From a virus (Duplodnaviria > Caudoviricetes), in IMG/VR virus record IMGVR_UViG_3300012665_000850, positions 1-49,186 of that record: a stretch of 49,186 nucleotides of DNA. One strand, 5' to 3'. The notes below the pieces were generated by a model. That model made no database searches and had not been told where the DNA came from. It was given only the letters and a program-made list of their open reading frames with translations. The translations under genes were made by a program, and so were the position numbers. Positions 28,087 to 39,131 of this stretch are shown piece after piece (within the stretch, counting starts at the first letter, position 1; every line of letters begins with the position of its first letter).

Positions 28087-31000
28087 TGATTACTGCATCC
28101 GATGATTTAAAAAACATATTAAAACAAAATGTCTCAGTAAAGACATCTACTCAGACTACCATCGAATACAACATGAACTCCTTGATTGACGGAATAACTG
28201 TTACATCAACTAATACGGATACAGAGTATACAAATAAAATTGAAAACTGGCCAAGCGGAAAACCAAATCCATTTAAAAAGCTTTTCCCTATGGATTCAGT
28301 AATTAAACCATTTAGACCTTTAAACTCTGGTATTAGATATTTTATATTTAATAGTAGCGACCCATACAAAGCAATAGTTGATCCACGTAAAATTACTTAT
28401 CCATCAACAAGCCCTAGAACCTATTATCCAGGCATATCAACTTTTTATAAATACTGGGTAAGCCCAGAAGGTGCAAATGCCAATCTTACTGTTACTTATA
28501 AACAGACCACATCAACAGGGGGCAATAAAGCTGCCCTTGCAAATAAAATAGTTTTAAGATTTGAGAAATATCATCAACTTCCATCTGGATATACAGTAAC
28601 AGTTACTCCAGTAACAGGATCTCCAATAACAACTTCTACATATACTGTAGATGCTAGTGGACAAGCTGCAATATATTATAACGGAACCACTTGGACAAAT
28701 ACTGTTCCAGCAGAGCCAGTTTCATATGCTTCCCCACAATCAATTAAATCCATTACTTTAAATGCAACAAATCCTAGCACAACAAATATTCTAGGTGTTA
28801 TAGAATTTTCTGCCAGATGGATAAAAGATATCTCTTCAGACATTATAGATTTTTCTATAAACAAAGAGTCATCAGATTCATCGGATGGCATTCTTCCAGT
28901 TGGAATTGTAACTGCAAACACATTAAGCATGAACTTAGTTAAGTATGATCAGTCAACACTAAAATATGCAAACTATAACAGAGAGTCCACATCTTTTGAC
29001 AGCAATCTCACCTACCTTGTAAAAAATGCTGAGATTAAATCATACATAAACGTTCATCATTCAGCAGGCGCAATAACAAATGGCTCTGATAAATATGATA
29101 AATTAATTCAAGGAACTTTCTATATCGACTCATCAGAGATTTCGGAATATGGAGACGTATCTTTAACTGCCTTAGATTCAGCAAAATATTTAATGGAAAC
29201 ATATGCACCAGAAATTATATGCGAAGACTATCCAGTAACTGCAATATTTAGAAGACTGCTAGACTCAGTTGGTTTTTCTAATTATGGATTTAATATTAAA
29301 GATAATGAAACCTCTGTTCCAACCATTCAGTATTGGTGGAGCGATGGCACATTAACTGTATGGGAAGCAATACAAGAATTATGTAGAGACATTCAAATGA
29401 ATGCTTTTGTCGACGAGAACAATACCCTTCAGTTCTATAGCAGAGACTATATATATGATGCTAGTACAAGAACTACCAACTGGGGATTTAACTACGCTGC
29501 AGATGGCACTACACTTCCAAACATAGTACAGTTTTCACAAAAAGAAGTTTCTTCAGCAAACTCAGTAAAGGTTTTATGGCAGAGTCCACTTACATCAAAC
29601 TATAATGGAACATCTGGGCCGCTATGGGAATCAGCAGAAGCATTTTTATCTGCGGGAGCTTTAAGAAAAACAATCACAGCAGATTCAACAGCAGCAAATA
29701 CAGATCTTTCAATAGACACTGTTGTTTTGGACAACTATTCACAACAGTATAGTTTATATAATTTTCAGGGATACGTATTAATTGATTCAGAGATAATAGA
29801 GTTTGATGCAATTGAGTACCAGTACACAGACTTATCAAATGCTCCACAAACAGCATGGCTAACATCTCAATCAGATGTTAGTAAATATCGTGCACTTTCT
29901 AAGCCAGGATACGCTGATCCAAAGCTTCCAGAAACTGCATACTTTAAGCCAACAGGTAGATACAGAGTTAAAACCAGAGGAGCACTTGGAACAACTCCAG
30001 CATTGCATGCAGCAACAGCAAATGCAAGATTAAGCGAATGGTCTCAGTATACAAACAATGGATCTGGTAAAGTTGGGTCAATTACCTCAATACCATTAAA
30101 TGCAGCAACAGCAAATAAATATAAATCTTATTTAACAATATCAAACACTAACACTGCAGCAAAAAGCTATAGCCTAGCATTTAGACCATTTAGTGCGGTT
30201 ACAGTTCCATCTAGTACAAACGTGACAGTAACTGGAGAAGGTGGGCCAGTTACAGTAAAGAGCTATACAGAGTCCTACTTTAGTTTTGGCACAACGCTAT
30301 TTATTCAATCTGATATTACTGATACAAAGGGCAAGTATCCAAAACAAGGCGGAGGCTTGGGGTTCTTTGTAAATGCTACTGGATCAGATGGATACTTTAT
30401 CTTATTAGAAACATTGTCTTCTGCAGCAACAACTGGGCAAAAAACAATTAGAATAGCAAGAATGAAGAACGGCGTACTTACAACTTTAGCGGATAGTCAA
30501 AAGACTAATCAAAAAACTCTATCAGCAGTATTTGGAAACCAATCACATATTATAGATGTGAAGGTAAAGTTGTTAGGAAAGTTTATTTATATAGATGCGT
30601 ATATAAACGGATTTAAGATATCTGCAGTAGATCAAGCAACTGCCGCAAATGCTGGACTAATTGCTCCAACAATAAACTCTGGTTTAATTTGCCACCTTCC
30701 AAGCACAACTGGAATATACGATTACATATATGGGCTTGATATGACTAAGGACAAATACATTGCTGGAACAGCAAACATATATCAGGGTCAATTCTCAAAT
30801 GATTTAGTTGACACGGCATTTGGTGATATCATATACAACGCAAATACTTCACAAGACGGCATACCAGTAACAAAAACTTCTATAGATGAATTTGGAACGG
30901 TTGTTAGAGAGATAGCTAAGGTTACAACTAAGTTTGATAGTAGGCCAGCTTATCCTCTAAAATGGACTACAGGCATGAATAAGTTTGCTAAGATACTTGG

Positions 31001-31433
31001 ATCAAAAGTTTCCAACTTTGGTGGAGAAGCATATGTATTAAATAATTCATCTTCCACCATCCCTTTGGCAGATGGTGGATTTTCGAACTTCTATATTTAT
31101 GGGAACACATTAGGTCAGTCTGGACAGCTAGAGTATTCAACAGATGAGTCTGCAGAGTATGCAAATAAAGAACCAGTAGTATTTGAGTCAAAGTGGATTC
31201 AGTCCTTGTCTGACGCTAAGTCTTTGGCGACATGGATTAAGCAAAAGGTTATAAATAGAGGCAAGATTGTTGAGCTTTCAATATTTGGAAATCCAATTAT
31301 TGGAGTAGGAGACATTGTCACAATTAAGTACCCTTACAATGGATTTGCTGGAACAGAAAAGCTTATAGTTACAAACGTTAATCAATCTTATTCTCAAGGA
31401 TTGGAGACTACCATTAGCTGCAGAACCCTGTAG
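28086..31433 (+). CDS. Large minor tail / baseplate hub-like protein
   Basis: TAATG-coupled ATG at 28086; VWEAIQELCRDIQMNAFVDE; C-terminal FGNPIIGVGDIVTI..TTISCR. Confidence 0.7.
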   Translation: MITASDDLKNILKQNVSVKTSTQTTIEYNMNSLIDGITVTSTNTDTEYTNKIENWPSGKPNPFKKLFPMDSVIKPFRPLNSGIRYFIFNSSDPYKAIVDPRKITYPSTSPRTYYPGISTFYKYWVSPEGANANLTVTYKQTTSTGGNKAALANKIVLRFEKYHQLPSGYTVTVTPVTGSPITTSTYTVDASGQAAIYYNGTTWTNTVPAEPVSYASPQSIKSITLNATNPSTTNILGVIEFSARWIKDISSDIIDFSINKESSDSSDGILPVGIVTANTLSMNLVKYDQSTLKYANYNRESTSFDSNLTYLVKNAEIKSYINVHHSAGAITNGSDKYDKLIQGTFYIDSSEISEYGDVSLTALDSAKYLMETYAPEIICEDYPVTAIFRRLLDSVGFSNYGFNIKDNETSVPTIQYWWSDGTLTVWEAIQELCRDIQMNAFVDENNTLQFYSRDYIYDASTRTTNWGFNYAADGTTLPNIVQFSQKEVSSANSVKVLWQSPLTSNYNGTSGPLWESAEAFLSAGALRKTITADSTAANTDLSIDTVVLDNYSQQYSLYNFQGYVLIDSEIIEFDAIEYQYTDLSNAPQTAWLTSQSDVSKYRALSKPGYADPKLPETAYFKPTGRYRVKTRGALGTTPALHAATANARLSEWSQYTNNGSGKVGSITSIPLNAATANKYKSYLTISNTNTAAKSYSLAFRPFSAVTVPSSTNVTVTGEGGPVTVKSYTESYFSFGTTLFIQSDITDTKGKYPKQGGGLGFFVNATGSDGYFILLETLSSAATTGQKTIRIARMKNGVLTTLADSQKTNQKTLSAVFGNQSHIIDVKVKLLGKFIYIDAYINGFKISAVDQATAANAGLIAPTINSGLICHLPSTTGIYDYIYGLDMTKDKYIAGTANIYQGQFSNDLVDTAFGDIIYNANTSQDGIPVTKTSIDEFGTVVREIAKVTTKFDSRPAYPLKWTTGMNKFAKILGSKVSNFGGEAYVLNNSSSTIPLADGGFSNFYIYGNTLGQSGQLEYSTDESAEYANKEPVVFESKWIQSLSDAKSLATWIKQKVINRGKIVELSIFGNPIIGVGDIVTIKYPYNGFAGTEKLIVTNVNQSYSQGLETTISCRTL

Positions 31434-31442
31434 AAATGCAAA

Positions 31443-31451
31443 TGGTATAAT
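31443..31451 (+). promoter_or_regulatory. Extended -10 promoter, probably leaderless
   Basis: TGGTATAAT ending 7 nt before ATG 31458. Confidence 0.65.
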
Positions 31452-31457
31452 GATAAA

Positions 31458-31841
31458 ATGAAAAGAATTTCAATACAGCAAATTGTAGATGGTGCTCCAA
31501 TTGTTATTGATGAGAACGATCCAGATTTAGTTTTTCTTAGCTCTAAAAAAGTAATAACAACCAAAAACGGTAAAGCTGTATATGATAAGTATGTTGGTTC
31601 TGTTCCAGGCGGAGACGGTGGAGGAGATACTCCTGAGCCACCAAAGCCTCCAGAGCCACCAAAGCCCCCATTTAAACCAGATATACCAGATTTAAGCGAT
31701 ATAGAAAGTATTACTTATGAGCAATACTACGATTCCTCAAAGAAGGCTAGAATTAAAGCTATAATTAAAATGAGAAACTCAAGCTTAAAAGCACAAGAAG
31801 TAGAAGGGGTAGATGCAAGGATCTATGATCCAAGCTCATGA
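31458..31841 (+). CDS. Hypothetical tail-region protein with a Gly/Pro linker
   Basis: PGGDGGGDTPEPPKPPEPPKPPFKP. Confidence 0.65.
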   Translation: MKRISIQQIVDGAPIVIDENDPDLVFLSSKKVITTKNGKAVYDKYVGSVPGGDGGGDTPEPPKPPEPPKPPFKPDIPDLSDIESITYEQYYDSSKKARIKAIIKMRNSSLKAQEVEGVDARIYDPSS

Positions 31842-31842
31842 T

Positions 31843-32766
31843 ATGATAAAAGGAACTTATATTTTTAAAGAAAACGGGATAGAAATTGCTCGTTCGTCTA
31901 ACGTTATAACTAAATTCGGTAAAAGATTTCTAACTAATTTTATTGCAGGAAATGTAGATTTTAGCACCAAAGACCTTGCCGTAGGAATTGATTCAACTGC
32001 AGCTACAGTTAACGATACAAGACTTGGGTTTGAGTTTTACAGACTCCCTATAGAATTTGGATCAACAGATATTCAGACATCTGGCGGGAGCACAACATAT
32101 TCTGTTGTATATAAAACAACTATCCCAGTAGATGTATCTGGAACTATATCAGAGGTTGGCCTATACCCATCAACAAGATTATCTACAAACAATTATGACA
32201 GCAAGTTCTTGGCAGACTTTAATAGCTATTTAGATTGGTATGACCCATCTGGAGAGCACCCAGCAGTATCTACAACTGGTCCAAAAATTGGAGACAATGT
32301 TATTACAATGACTTCAAATGGAACATCTACAAAAGAATATACAATGCCTTTATCTGGATTAGATATATCTGGGTATAGCGTAAACGATTCTATTAAGCTT
32401 GCATACTACAAGAATGATGCAAATCTTGAAAAAATAGTTATTAAATTTTATAGCTCAGACACAGACTACTACTATTACAATTTATCTGCAGCCTCTGGAA
32501 CTGGATATAAGATAAGCAGTGATATCTTATTAAGCTCATTAGTAGCATCTGGATCACCAGATAAGTCTGCTATAAATAAAATTGGAATAGTTATAGACCC
32601 ACTGTCATCTGCAACAACTGTAGGTCTTGACGGGCTTAGAATAAATGACGAAGATACGTTTGACCCAATCTTTGGAATTATTAGCAGATCTGTTTTAGGA
32701 TCAGCATTAACAAAGTTGGCTGGAAGACAAGTAGACATTGAATATCGGTTAGACCTAGGATTCTAA
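31843..32766 (+). CDS. Minor tail / baseplate protein
   Basis: NVITKFGKRF..LAVG..DTRLGFEF..ISEVGLY..IEYRL pattern; start placed at ATG 31843. Confidence 0.6.
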   Translation: MIKGTYIFKENGIEIARSSNVITKFGKRFLTNFIAGNVDFSTKDLAVGIDSTAATVNDTRLGFEFYRLPIEFGSTDIQTSGGSTTYSVVYKTTIPVDVSGTISEVGLYPSTRLSTNNYDSKFLADFNSYLDWYDPSGEHPAVSTTGPKIGDNVITMTSNGTSTKEYTMPLSGLDISGYSVNDSIKLAYYKNDANLEKIVIKFYSSDTDYYYYNLSAASGTGYKISSDILLSSLVASGSPDKSAINKIGIVIDPLSSATTVGLDGLRINDEDTFDPIFGIISRSVLGSALTKLAGRQVDIEYRLDLGF

Positions 32767-32767
32767 A

Positions 32768-34684
32768 ATGGCGTATGAGGACCTACTTAAAGATACCAGT
32801 GCAGTAGCACCAGATGACAATAATAAATTTATTGTCACTATCCTTGACCTGGATTTAAGTAAGACCTACCCAATTCAATTTAGATGGAAGTATAAAGATG
32901 GAACATTTGGTAAATGGTCCACATCAAAAATATTAACAACTCCTGGAGAATCATTCCCAGACACTCCTGGATTTTCTCAAACAGATGTTGTTGGTGGAGC
33001 CGAATATATTAAGGTTACATGGAGCGGACTTAACGCAGCTGGTAATCCTTTTACTAATTATGACAGAATAGATGTTTATATATCTGGCTCACCATTTGAT
33101 GGATCAAAGCCAGCGGCATCTTTTAAGGGTCCTGGAACACAAATACTAAAGGCACCACAAGGCGAGTATCTTGTGGCCCTATATGCAGTATCTGTTGCTG
33201 GAACTAGATCAGCAGTAAGCGCAGATTTCTCAGTTATAGTAACAGCCCAAGGTGAAACAATTGAAGCTCCAACAAATCCAAATGGATTTTCTGCTTCACG
33301 AATATTGGCTGGCGTTCTTTTAAATTGGGCTGGAACTTATGCCAATGGAACATTCACAGGTTTTGAAGCAATTAAAGTTTATGCTGGAACATCAGCAACT
33401 GCAACTGCTGGAACATATACTGAAGTAGGAGTATTAACTGGCAACAATGTTAAAAATACAATTACTGTTCCAGTAGACGGAACATATGTAAAGTATGGGC
33501 AAGCAACCTATCTTCATGCTGCATCTGTAAATAAAAGCGGAACCGTTGGAACTCTACAAGCAAATGTTGCAAACGTACCGCTTGGCCCAGGCAAGGCCAC
33601 TGATGCAGACATTAATGATGGAGCGGTTGTTATATCTAAATTAGCATCTGATGTTTTAACTGTTGGAAACTTAAAAGCTGGAGATATAAATGCAACATCT
33701 TATATTCGTGCTGGAGCAAAATCTATAGATGGATTAACGGGCGCAAGAGTAGAAATATCTAGTGCAACAATTGCTCAAACAGGAACAAATGTTTTAGCGG
33801 GATTTCATATATATAATTCACAAGGCACTGCAATACTAAGTGCACCACTAACTGGTGGTCTAACAATTACTGGCGGAGGAACATTTACTGGAGATTTATC
33901 AGTAGGTTCTGGCACATCTAAGTTTGGATCAGATTCAAACGGTATCTGGCTTGGCTCAGAAACATATTCACTTAACTCAACATTCCGTGTAAGCCGAAGC
34001 GGATACATGACAGCAAACTCTGGAACAATTGGTGGCTGGAGTTTAACTGACAGCTATCTTCAAAACGGTGCTGGAACATTTCAAATAGATAGTGCAAATT
34101 CAAGAATTGCAGTTGGATCAACAAGCGGAACACATATTAGAATAAGTGCATCTGGTGGAATTGCAACATATAATGGAGGGTCACAAGTATCTGGATTTAA
34201 TTTAAGTACTGATGGAACATTAACATTATCTGGAACAATTACTGCAACTACTGGATACTTAGGTAATTCAGTAGCTGGCAATGGATGGACAATTGGATCT
34301 GACGGAATAGTATCTAACGGTGCCGCAAAAATTCAAGTAGGAGATTATGTGGTTAAAAGTAATAATAATACTGATTTTACTATTACTACAACAGGTGGAT
34401 TAAATCTAATGAAAACAGAATCGCTGGCAGGAGCCACAGATTCACCAAATAGACTCTATCTTGGAAGCGGAACAAGACAAGTTGAAGTAGCAAAGCCAGC
34501 ACAAATATCTGGAACTGGAACAAGCTCATTTGATGGAGCAAATCAGTCTGCTACAAATGCTTATAGATCTGGCGGATTAAGAAACATGTATACCGTATCT
34601 TCTGGTAATTTAGCATCATCAATATATCCTTCTGCTTTAAATGGAGATGTTCTTTTAGTTTACGATCCAAATGTAGGTATTTAA
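32768..34684 (+). CDS. Tail fibre/spike-like minor tail protein
   Basis: FN3-like segments, then Gly/Ser/Thr-rich repeats (ANSGTIGGWSL, ATTGYLG..GWTI). Confidence 0.7.
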   Translation: MAYEDLLKDTSAVAPDDNNKFIVTILDLDLSKTYPIQFRWKYKDGTFGKWSTSKILTTPGESFPDTPGFSQTDVVGGAEYIKVTWSGLNAAGNPFTNYDRIDVYISGSPFDGSKPAASFKGPGTQILKAPQGEYLVALYAVSVAGTRSAVSADFSVIVTAQGETIEAPTNPNGFSASRILAGVLLNWAGTYANGTFTGFEAIKVYAGTSATATAGTYTEVGVLTGNNVKNTITVPVDGTYVKYGQATYLHAASVNKSGTVGTLQANVANVPLGPGKATDADINDGAVVISKLASDVLTVGNLKAGDINATSYIRAGAKSIDGLTGARVEISSATIAQTGTNVLAGFHIYNSQGTAILSAPLTGGLTITGGGTFTGDLSVGSGTSKFGSDSNGIWLGSETYSLNSTFRVSRSGYMTANSGTIGGWSLTDSYLQNGAGTFQIDSANSRIAVGSTSGTHIRISASGGIATYNGGSQVSGFNLSTDGTLTLSGTITATTGYLGNSVAGNGWTIGSDGIVSNGAAKIQVGDYVVKSNNNTDFTITTTGGLNLMKTESLAGATDSPNRLYLGSGTRQVEVAKPAQISGTGTSSFDGANQSATNAYRSGGLRNMYTVSSGNLASSIYPSALNGDVLLVYDPNVGI

Positions 34685-37663
34685 ATGACTGCATTTATTA
34701 AAACAGGCAATGCATTTAAAAAATTAGAAAAAATATTTTTAAAAAACTCTGATGGATCATGGAGGGGAGTAGTCTCTGCTTATTTAAAAGATTCCCTTGG
34801 AACATGGAGATTATTTTTTGGTGCAGAATATTTAAAGCCTCAAATATCTACTGAGCCAGACTTTAGTTCAGATGATCTATATGGAAGTTTTGATCAAGGA
34901 TCTACAATTACATTAACTCGTGGAACCTGGACAAACACTCCAACATCTTATTCTTTAGCCATTGAAGCTAGCTTAGACGGAACTAACTGGACCACAGTTG
35001 CAACAGGCAGTGGGACATCTGTAACTTATTTAATTACTCTACAAGATGCAACCCACCCTTCATATTCATTTAGAGGAAAAGTAATTGCCACAAACGCATT
35101 TGGTCCATCAAGCCCATTTTACACAGCTGTATACGATTCAATAATAACGCTAGACATAACTGCAACAGTTACTAGCCCAACTGCCAACGGTGCAACTTTT
35201 TCTTGGACAGTAAGCCCCAGCGGAACCCTATATAGGCGTGAGCAGTCTATTGTTTTTTATGATTCTTTATCACCAGGAACAGCAGCATATACTCAAACAC
35301 TTACGGCTACAGCAGGAAGTGCAGTGGTAAGTAATGCAGCATTGCTTTCGGGACACACATATTCTGCATACGTTATAATTGTTTCTTATGACACAACTGA
35401 ATCTGTAAATATTAGTAACGAGCTAGAATTTACAACTACAGATAACAGGCCAGTCGGAACAGATGACACAGTGACATTTTCAAGGGATTCAGAATCTTCT
35501 TATAATTATTCAGTTACAAGTACTGGAACTTGGACAAATACTCCAACATCATATAGATATCAATGGTACGAGTACGCAAGTACCTTTGCTGGAAACTTTG
35601 CATACTTTGCAATTGATGGAGCAACATCTAGCACATTTAATGCATCTAATGTTAAGTTATTAAATATAATTCCAGTAGTTTGGGCATCAAATGCTTCTGG
35701 AGAAAGTAATACTGGATACAGCTTATCCAATACAAATGGTACTAATCCAGCAGGCAACATTGGATCTATATCTGCAGCAGCAGTAAAACAAGTTTTTTAT
35801 AAAGCTCCAGTTATAAGTTCATTTTCTGTAACTGGCGGAAATGGATCTGCAACATATTCATATTCTGCTGCTAGTGATGATCCGACTATAACATTAAACA
35901 TTTCTTATAGTGGTCAAGCTACTGGTAGCTTTACTCCAGGTGCCAGCGGGTCAACTAGAACTGGACTTGCCGCAGGAACCTACAATTTTGTTTTAACTGT
36001 AACAAACTCATCATCTGGTGGATCTTATTTTGTAACTTCAACTGTTGCAAACGTTATTGTAACCGCTCCACTTACCGCACCAGTAAATACAGTAGCTCCA
36101 GCAGTAACACCAGTTACTGGAACCGCTGGAACAACCACCTACACAACTACAAACGGAACTTGGACGGGAAATCCAACGCCAACCTTTGAATATCAATGGC
36201 AATACAATGACCAAGGTTCCCTATTCGTTGCTATAGCAGGAGAAACATCTTCTACATACAGCCCACCCATAACATACTTTGCTACAAAAGTTTCACCAAT
36301 TAGATGCAGGGTAACTGCAAAAAATTCTCAAAATCTTACTGGCGTTCAAGCATTTTCTAATCAAGTTACTATAACTGCTGGTACAGTTAGAGTAACATAT
36401 GACGGAAATGGAATAACTAGTCCAGCAGCAGTTGATGTTACATACGGTGGATCAACAGTTCTTCCATCTTCAACAAGAGCTGGATACAGATTAGCTGGCT
36501 GGTTTACTGCCGTTACAGGAGGTAGCTCTGTTGGAGCTGGCGGAGCCACATATACTCCAACTGCAAATATAACTTTATACGCTAGATGGATTCAAGTATT
36601 TACCGTTACTTACAATGGAAATGGTAATACTGGAGGAAGCGTTCCAACAGATGCAAGTTCTCCATATGATACTGGGTCTACTGTTACTGTAAAAACAAAC
36701 AGCGGATCACTTGTAAAAACTGGTTCTACTTTTAATGGATGGAATACAGCAGCAAATGGAACAGGAACAGCTTATGCTGTATCAGCAACATTTACAATTT
36801 CTGCAAATACAACTTTATACGCACAATGGACTTTAAATACTTATACTATTTCATATAGTGCAAACTCAGCTACTAGTGGTACAGCTCCAGCAAATCAGAC
36901 TAAAACACATGGAGTTAACATAACTTTAGCTACCAATACTGGATCTTTGGCAAGAACAGGATTTACTTTTTCTGGATGGAACACACAAACAGGTGGAGGA
37001 GGAACTGATTATGCAGCAGGCTCTAGCTACACAGCAGATGCTGCTCTTACATTATATGCAAAATGGGTTGCAAATTATGTTGTAACGTGGATTGCATCTG
37101 GTGGATCTAATGGAACTCAAACAACAAGTCTTCCACCAGGAAATGCTCATACCGCACCAAGCCCAGGAACGCAAACAGGATATAACTTTAACGGTTACTA
37201 TGACACAATTGCTAATGATTATTTAATAGGTCCTATTGCAACTGGTGGAACATATACTCCAACTGCAAACAAAACATTGTATGCTAGATGGAGTGCTATA
37301 ATTCCAAACATTTCTTCAATTACAGTTACTGGAAATGGTACTGCTGGTGTGACATGCAGTGCAGTAATGACTAATACTCAGTCAGTTCAATACGTTCTTT
37401 ATGGAAGAGATACTACTACAAGTGCATGGACTCAACTTGCATCTGGAACTGCAAGCGCAAACGGAACATCTTTAACATCTGCCATATCAACAACATCAAG
37501 CGTTGGAACATTACCAGATCAATATTACGTAACTATGCTTCCATTCTTTGGAGCAAGAAGCACTTCTGGAACTGGTGGAGGAACTGGAACATCTGGAACT
37601 ACAAGAAGCACAATAGGAAGTCCAAAGAGTAATGCTTCTGGTTCAATTACAGTAAACTATTAA
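34685..37663 (+). CDS. Tail fibre / receptor-binding-like protein with Ig-like and Listeria-Bacteroides-type repeats
   Basis: Three GTWT..PT..Y(QW) modules; four repeats of VTY.GNG..G..F.GW....G.G....TLYA.W at about 36386-37292. Confidence 0.75.
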   Translation: MTAFIKTGNAFKKLEKIFLKNSDGSWRGVVSAYLKDSLGTWRLFFGAEYLKPQISTEPDFSSDDLYGSFDQGSTITLTRGTWTNTPTSYSLAIEASLDGTNWTTVATGSGTSVTYLITLQDATHPSYSFRGKVIATNAFGPSSPFYTAVYDSIITLDITATVTSPTANGATFSWTVSPSGTLYRREQSIVFYDSLSPGTAAYTQTLTATAGSAVVSNAALLSGHTYSAYVIIVSYDTTESVNISNELEFTTTDNRPVGTDDTVTFSRDSESSYNYSVTSTGTWTNTPTSYRYQWYEYASTFAGNFAYFAIDGATSSTFNASNVKLLNIIPVVWASNASGESNTGYSLSNTNGTNPAGNIGSISAAAVKQVFYKAPVISSFSVTGGNGSATYSYSAASDDPTITLNISYSGQATGSFTPGASGSTRTGLAAGTYNFVLTVTNSSSGGSYFVTSTVANVIVTAPLTAPVNTVAPAVTPVTGTAGTTTYTTTNGTWTGNPTPTFEYQWQYNDQGSLFVAIAGETSSTYSPPITYFATKVSPIRCRVTAKNSQNLTGVQAFSNQVTITAGTVRVTYDGNGITSPAAVDVTYGGSTVLPSSTRAGYRLAGWFTAVTGGSSVGAGGATYTPTANITLYARWIQVFTVTYNGNGNTGGSVPTDASSPYDTGSTVTVKTNSGSLVKTGSTFNGWNTAANGTGTAYAVSATFTISANTTLYAQWTLNTYTISYSANSATSGTAPANQTKTHGVNITLATNTGSLARTGFTFSGWNTQTGGGGTDYAAGSSYTADAALTLYAKWVANYVVTWIASGGSNGTQTTSLPPGNAHTAPSPGTQTGYNFNGYYDTIANDYLIGPIATGGTYTPTANKTLYARWSAIIPNISSITVTGNGTAGVTCSAVMTNTQSVQYVLYGRDTTTSAWTQLASGTASANGTSLTSAISTTSSVGTLPDQYYVTMLPFFGARSTSGTGGGTGTSGTTRSTIGSPKSNASGSITVNY

Positions 37664-37675
37664 TGGAGAATAAAA

Positions 37676-37879
37676 ATGGCTAATATAGAAAATCAACTTA
37701 AATTAGATATAATTGTACACAGGCATGGAGAAAATCTAGTTAGAATTTCTGCCATACAAAGCCAAATAGAATTATCTTCTGACCAGGCTCAAATAGAGGA
37801 ATATAATAATCAAGTCAATGACCTATTGGCCTCAAATGCGGCCCTAGAAGAACTTAGAAGTAGCCTTGTCATTCTTTGA
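37676..37879 (+). CDS. Small coiled-coil hypothetical protein
   Basis: SD GGAG; heptad-like pattern; resembles 37920..38132. Confidence 0.6.
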   Translation: MANIENQLKLDIIVHRHGENLVRISAIQSQIELSSDQAQIEEYNNQVNDLLASNAALEELRSSLVIL

Positions 37880-37903
37880 CATGGCACCAATAAATGATAT
37901 AAT
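37876..37903 (+). promoter_or_regulatory. Near-consensus promoter upstream of locus 2
   Basis: TTGACA (37876-37881), 16 nt, TATAAT (37898-37903) with extended TG; SD AAAGGAGG before ATG 37920. Confidence 0.75.
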
Positions 37904-37919
37904 ATGAAAGGAGGCAAAA

Positions 37920-38132
37920 ATGACATATGTACTAACCACGCAGGAAAAGACTGATATTATTACTCAGCACCTAAGAAACCTAGAACTATCTATATATAAC
38001 CTAGAGTTATCTATTTTAGAAGAGCAGGCTAAGTCTACTCCAGAAGCAGCTATTCTTTCATCATACAATTCTGATCTATCAGATTTAAATGCAAAGAAGA
38101 CAGCCCTACTTGATGAGCTAGAAGCTCTGTAA
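37920..38132 (+). CDS. Small acidic coiled-coil hypothetical protein
   Basis: Strong SD; Leu heptads. Confidence 0.7.
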   Translation: MTYVLTTQEKTDIITQHLRNLELSIYNLELSILEEQAKSTPEAAILSSYNSDLSDLNAKKTALLDELEAL

Positions 38133-38158
38133 GCTTAATATTTTAAGGAAGTAATCTT

Positions 38159-39103
38159 TTGTCCATAAAGAAAGCAAACGTAAATTACAATGATGCCTTA
38201 GAGGTAAAATCTATATCATCATCATTGTCTGCTGGATTTACAGGAGTCACTTCTTTTGCTGGACAAGTTAGATTATTAGGCACCCTTAATCTTTCTAAAG
38301 GTACTGTATTTTTTGCAGACGGCATTCAGTCAAAGCAGGCTACACCTTCCCTCACAAATATATATACCAAGTATTTTAACTATACCCTCTCATCTTTGGA
38401 CGAGAGGGATAGCTTAATTCAGATGAATAGCACAATTGCAAATGTTTTAACCGTTCCATCAGATAGCAAAACTAATTTCCCAGTTGGAACAACAATTGAT
38501 ATTCTACAAGCAAATACAGGGCAGACAATTATATTCTCAGAAGATGATGTTCAAATTGATTTTACACCAGGGTTTTCTTTAAGACAGCAGTGGTCAACAG
38601 CTACTCTTTTAAAGAGAGCCCCAAATACTTGGTTACTTTACGGAGATCTTGTATTAGCAGATGTTCCAGTTGCTGCATTTTTTAATTTTGAAACACCTGC
38701 TCCAACACCAGAGCCTACACCAGCGCCAACACCAGCGCCAACACCAGCGCCTACACCAGCGCCTACACCAGCGCCAGGACCAGGACCTACACCAGCGCCT
38801 ACACCAGCGCCAACACCAGCTCCAACACCAGCGCCAGGACCAGGACCTACACCAGCGCCAGGACCAGGACCTACACCAGCGCCAACACCAGCGCCAACAC
38901 CAGCGCCTACACCAGCGCCTACACCAGCGCCAACACCAGCGCCAACACCAGCGCCAACACCAGCGCCAACACCAGCGCCAACACCGACACGCAGCGGTAG
39001 AAGATGTTCATCTGCTCAAGCGGCAGCAGGAGAATACTGTTTTAGTACAAGCGAGTGTTTACCAACAGGAGTTGGAGCGGGCTCAGGATGTTGTTGCTGG
39101 TAA
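38159..39103 (+). CDS. Adaptor-domain protein with (TPAP/GPGP)n repeat and Cys-rich tail
   Basis: N-terminus is a paralog of 1589..2089; 99-aa X-P repeat; ends [19 protein letters not shown]. Confidence 0.8.
   Translation: MSIKKANVNYNDALEVKSISSSLSAGFTGVTSFAGQVRLLGTLNLSKGTVFFADGIQSKQATPSLTNIYTKYFNYTLSSLDERDSLIQMNSTIANVLTVPSDSKTNFPVGTTIDILQANTGQTIIFSEDDVQIDFTPGFSLRQQWSTATLLKRAPNTWLLYGDLVLADVPVAAFFNFETPAPTPEPTPAPTPAPTPAPTPAPTPAPGPGPTPAPTPAPTPAPTPAPGPGPTPAPGPGPTPAPTPAPTPAPTPAPTPAPTPAPTPAPTPAPTPAPTPTRSGRRCSSAQAAAGEYCFSTSECLPTGVGAGSGCCCW
38693..38989 (+). repeat. 12-bp coding tandem repeat (ACACCAGCGCCW) encoding about 24 TPAP-type units with three GPGP variants
   Basis: Read directly; every second residue is Pro. 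Confidence 0.97.
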
Positions 39104-39131
39104 TTTATAAAATAAAAGAAATGGAATAAAG

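Noticed and set aside
2753-38989. Possible CRISPR array or DGR at the two tandem repeats
   Set aside because: They are spacer-less in-frame coding repeats, and no cas or reverse transcriptase gene is visible.
38661-39110. HQRQ-repeat ORF
   Set aside because: Alternative frame of the TPAP repeat, with no ribosome-binding site or independent domain.
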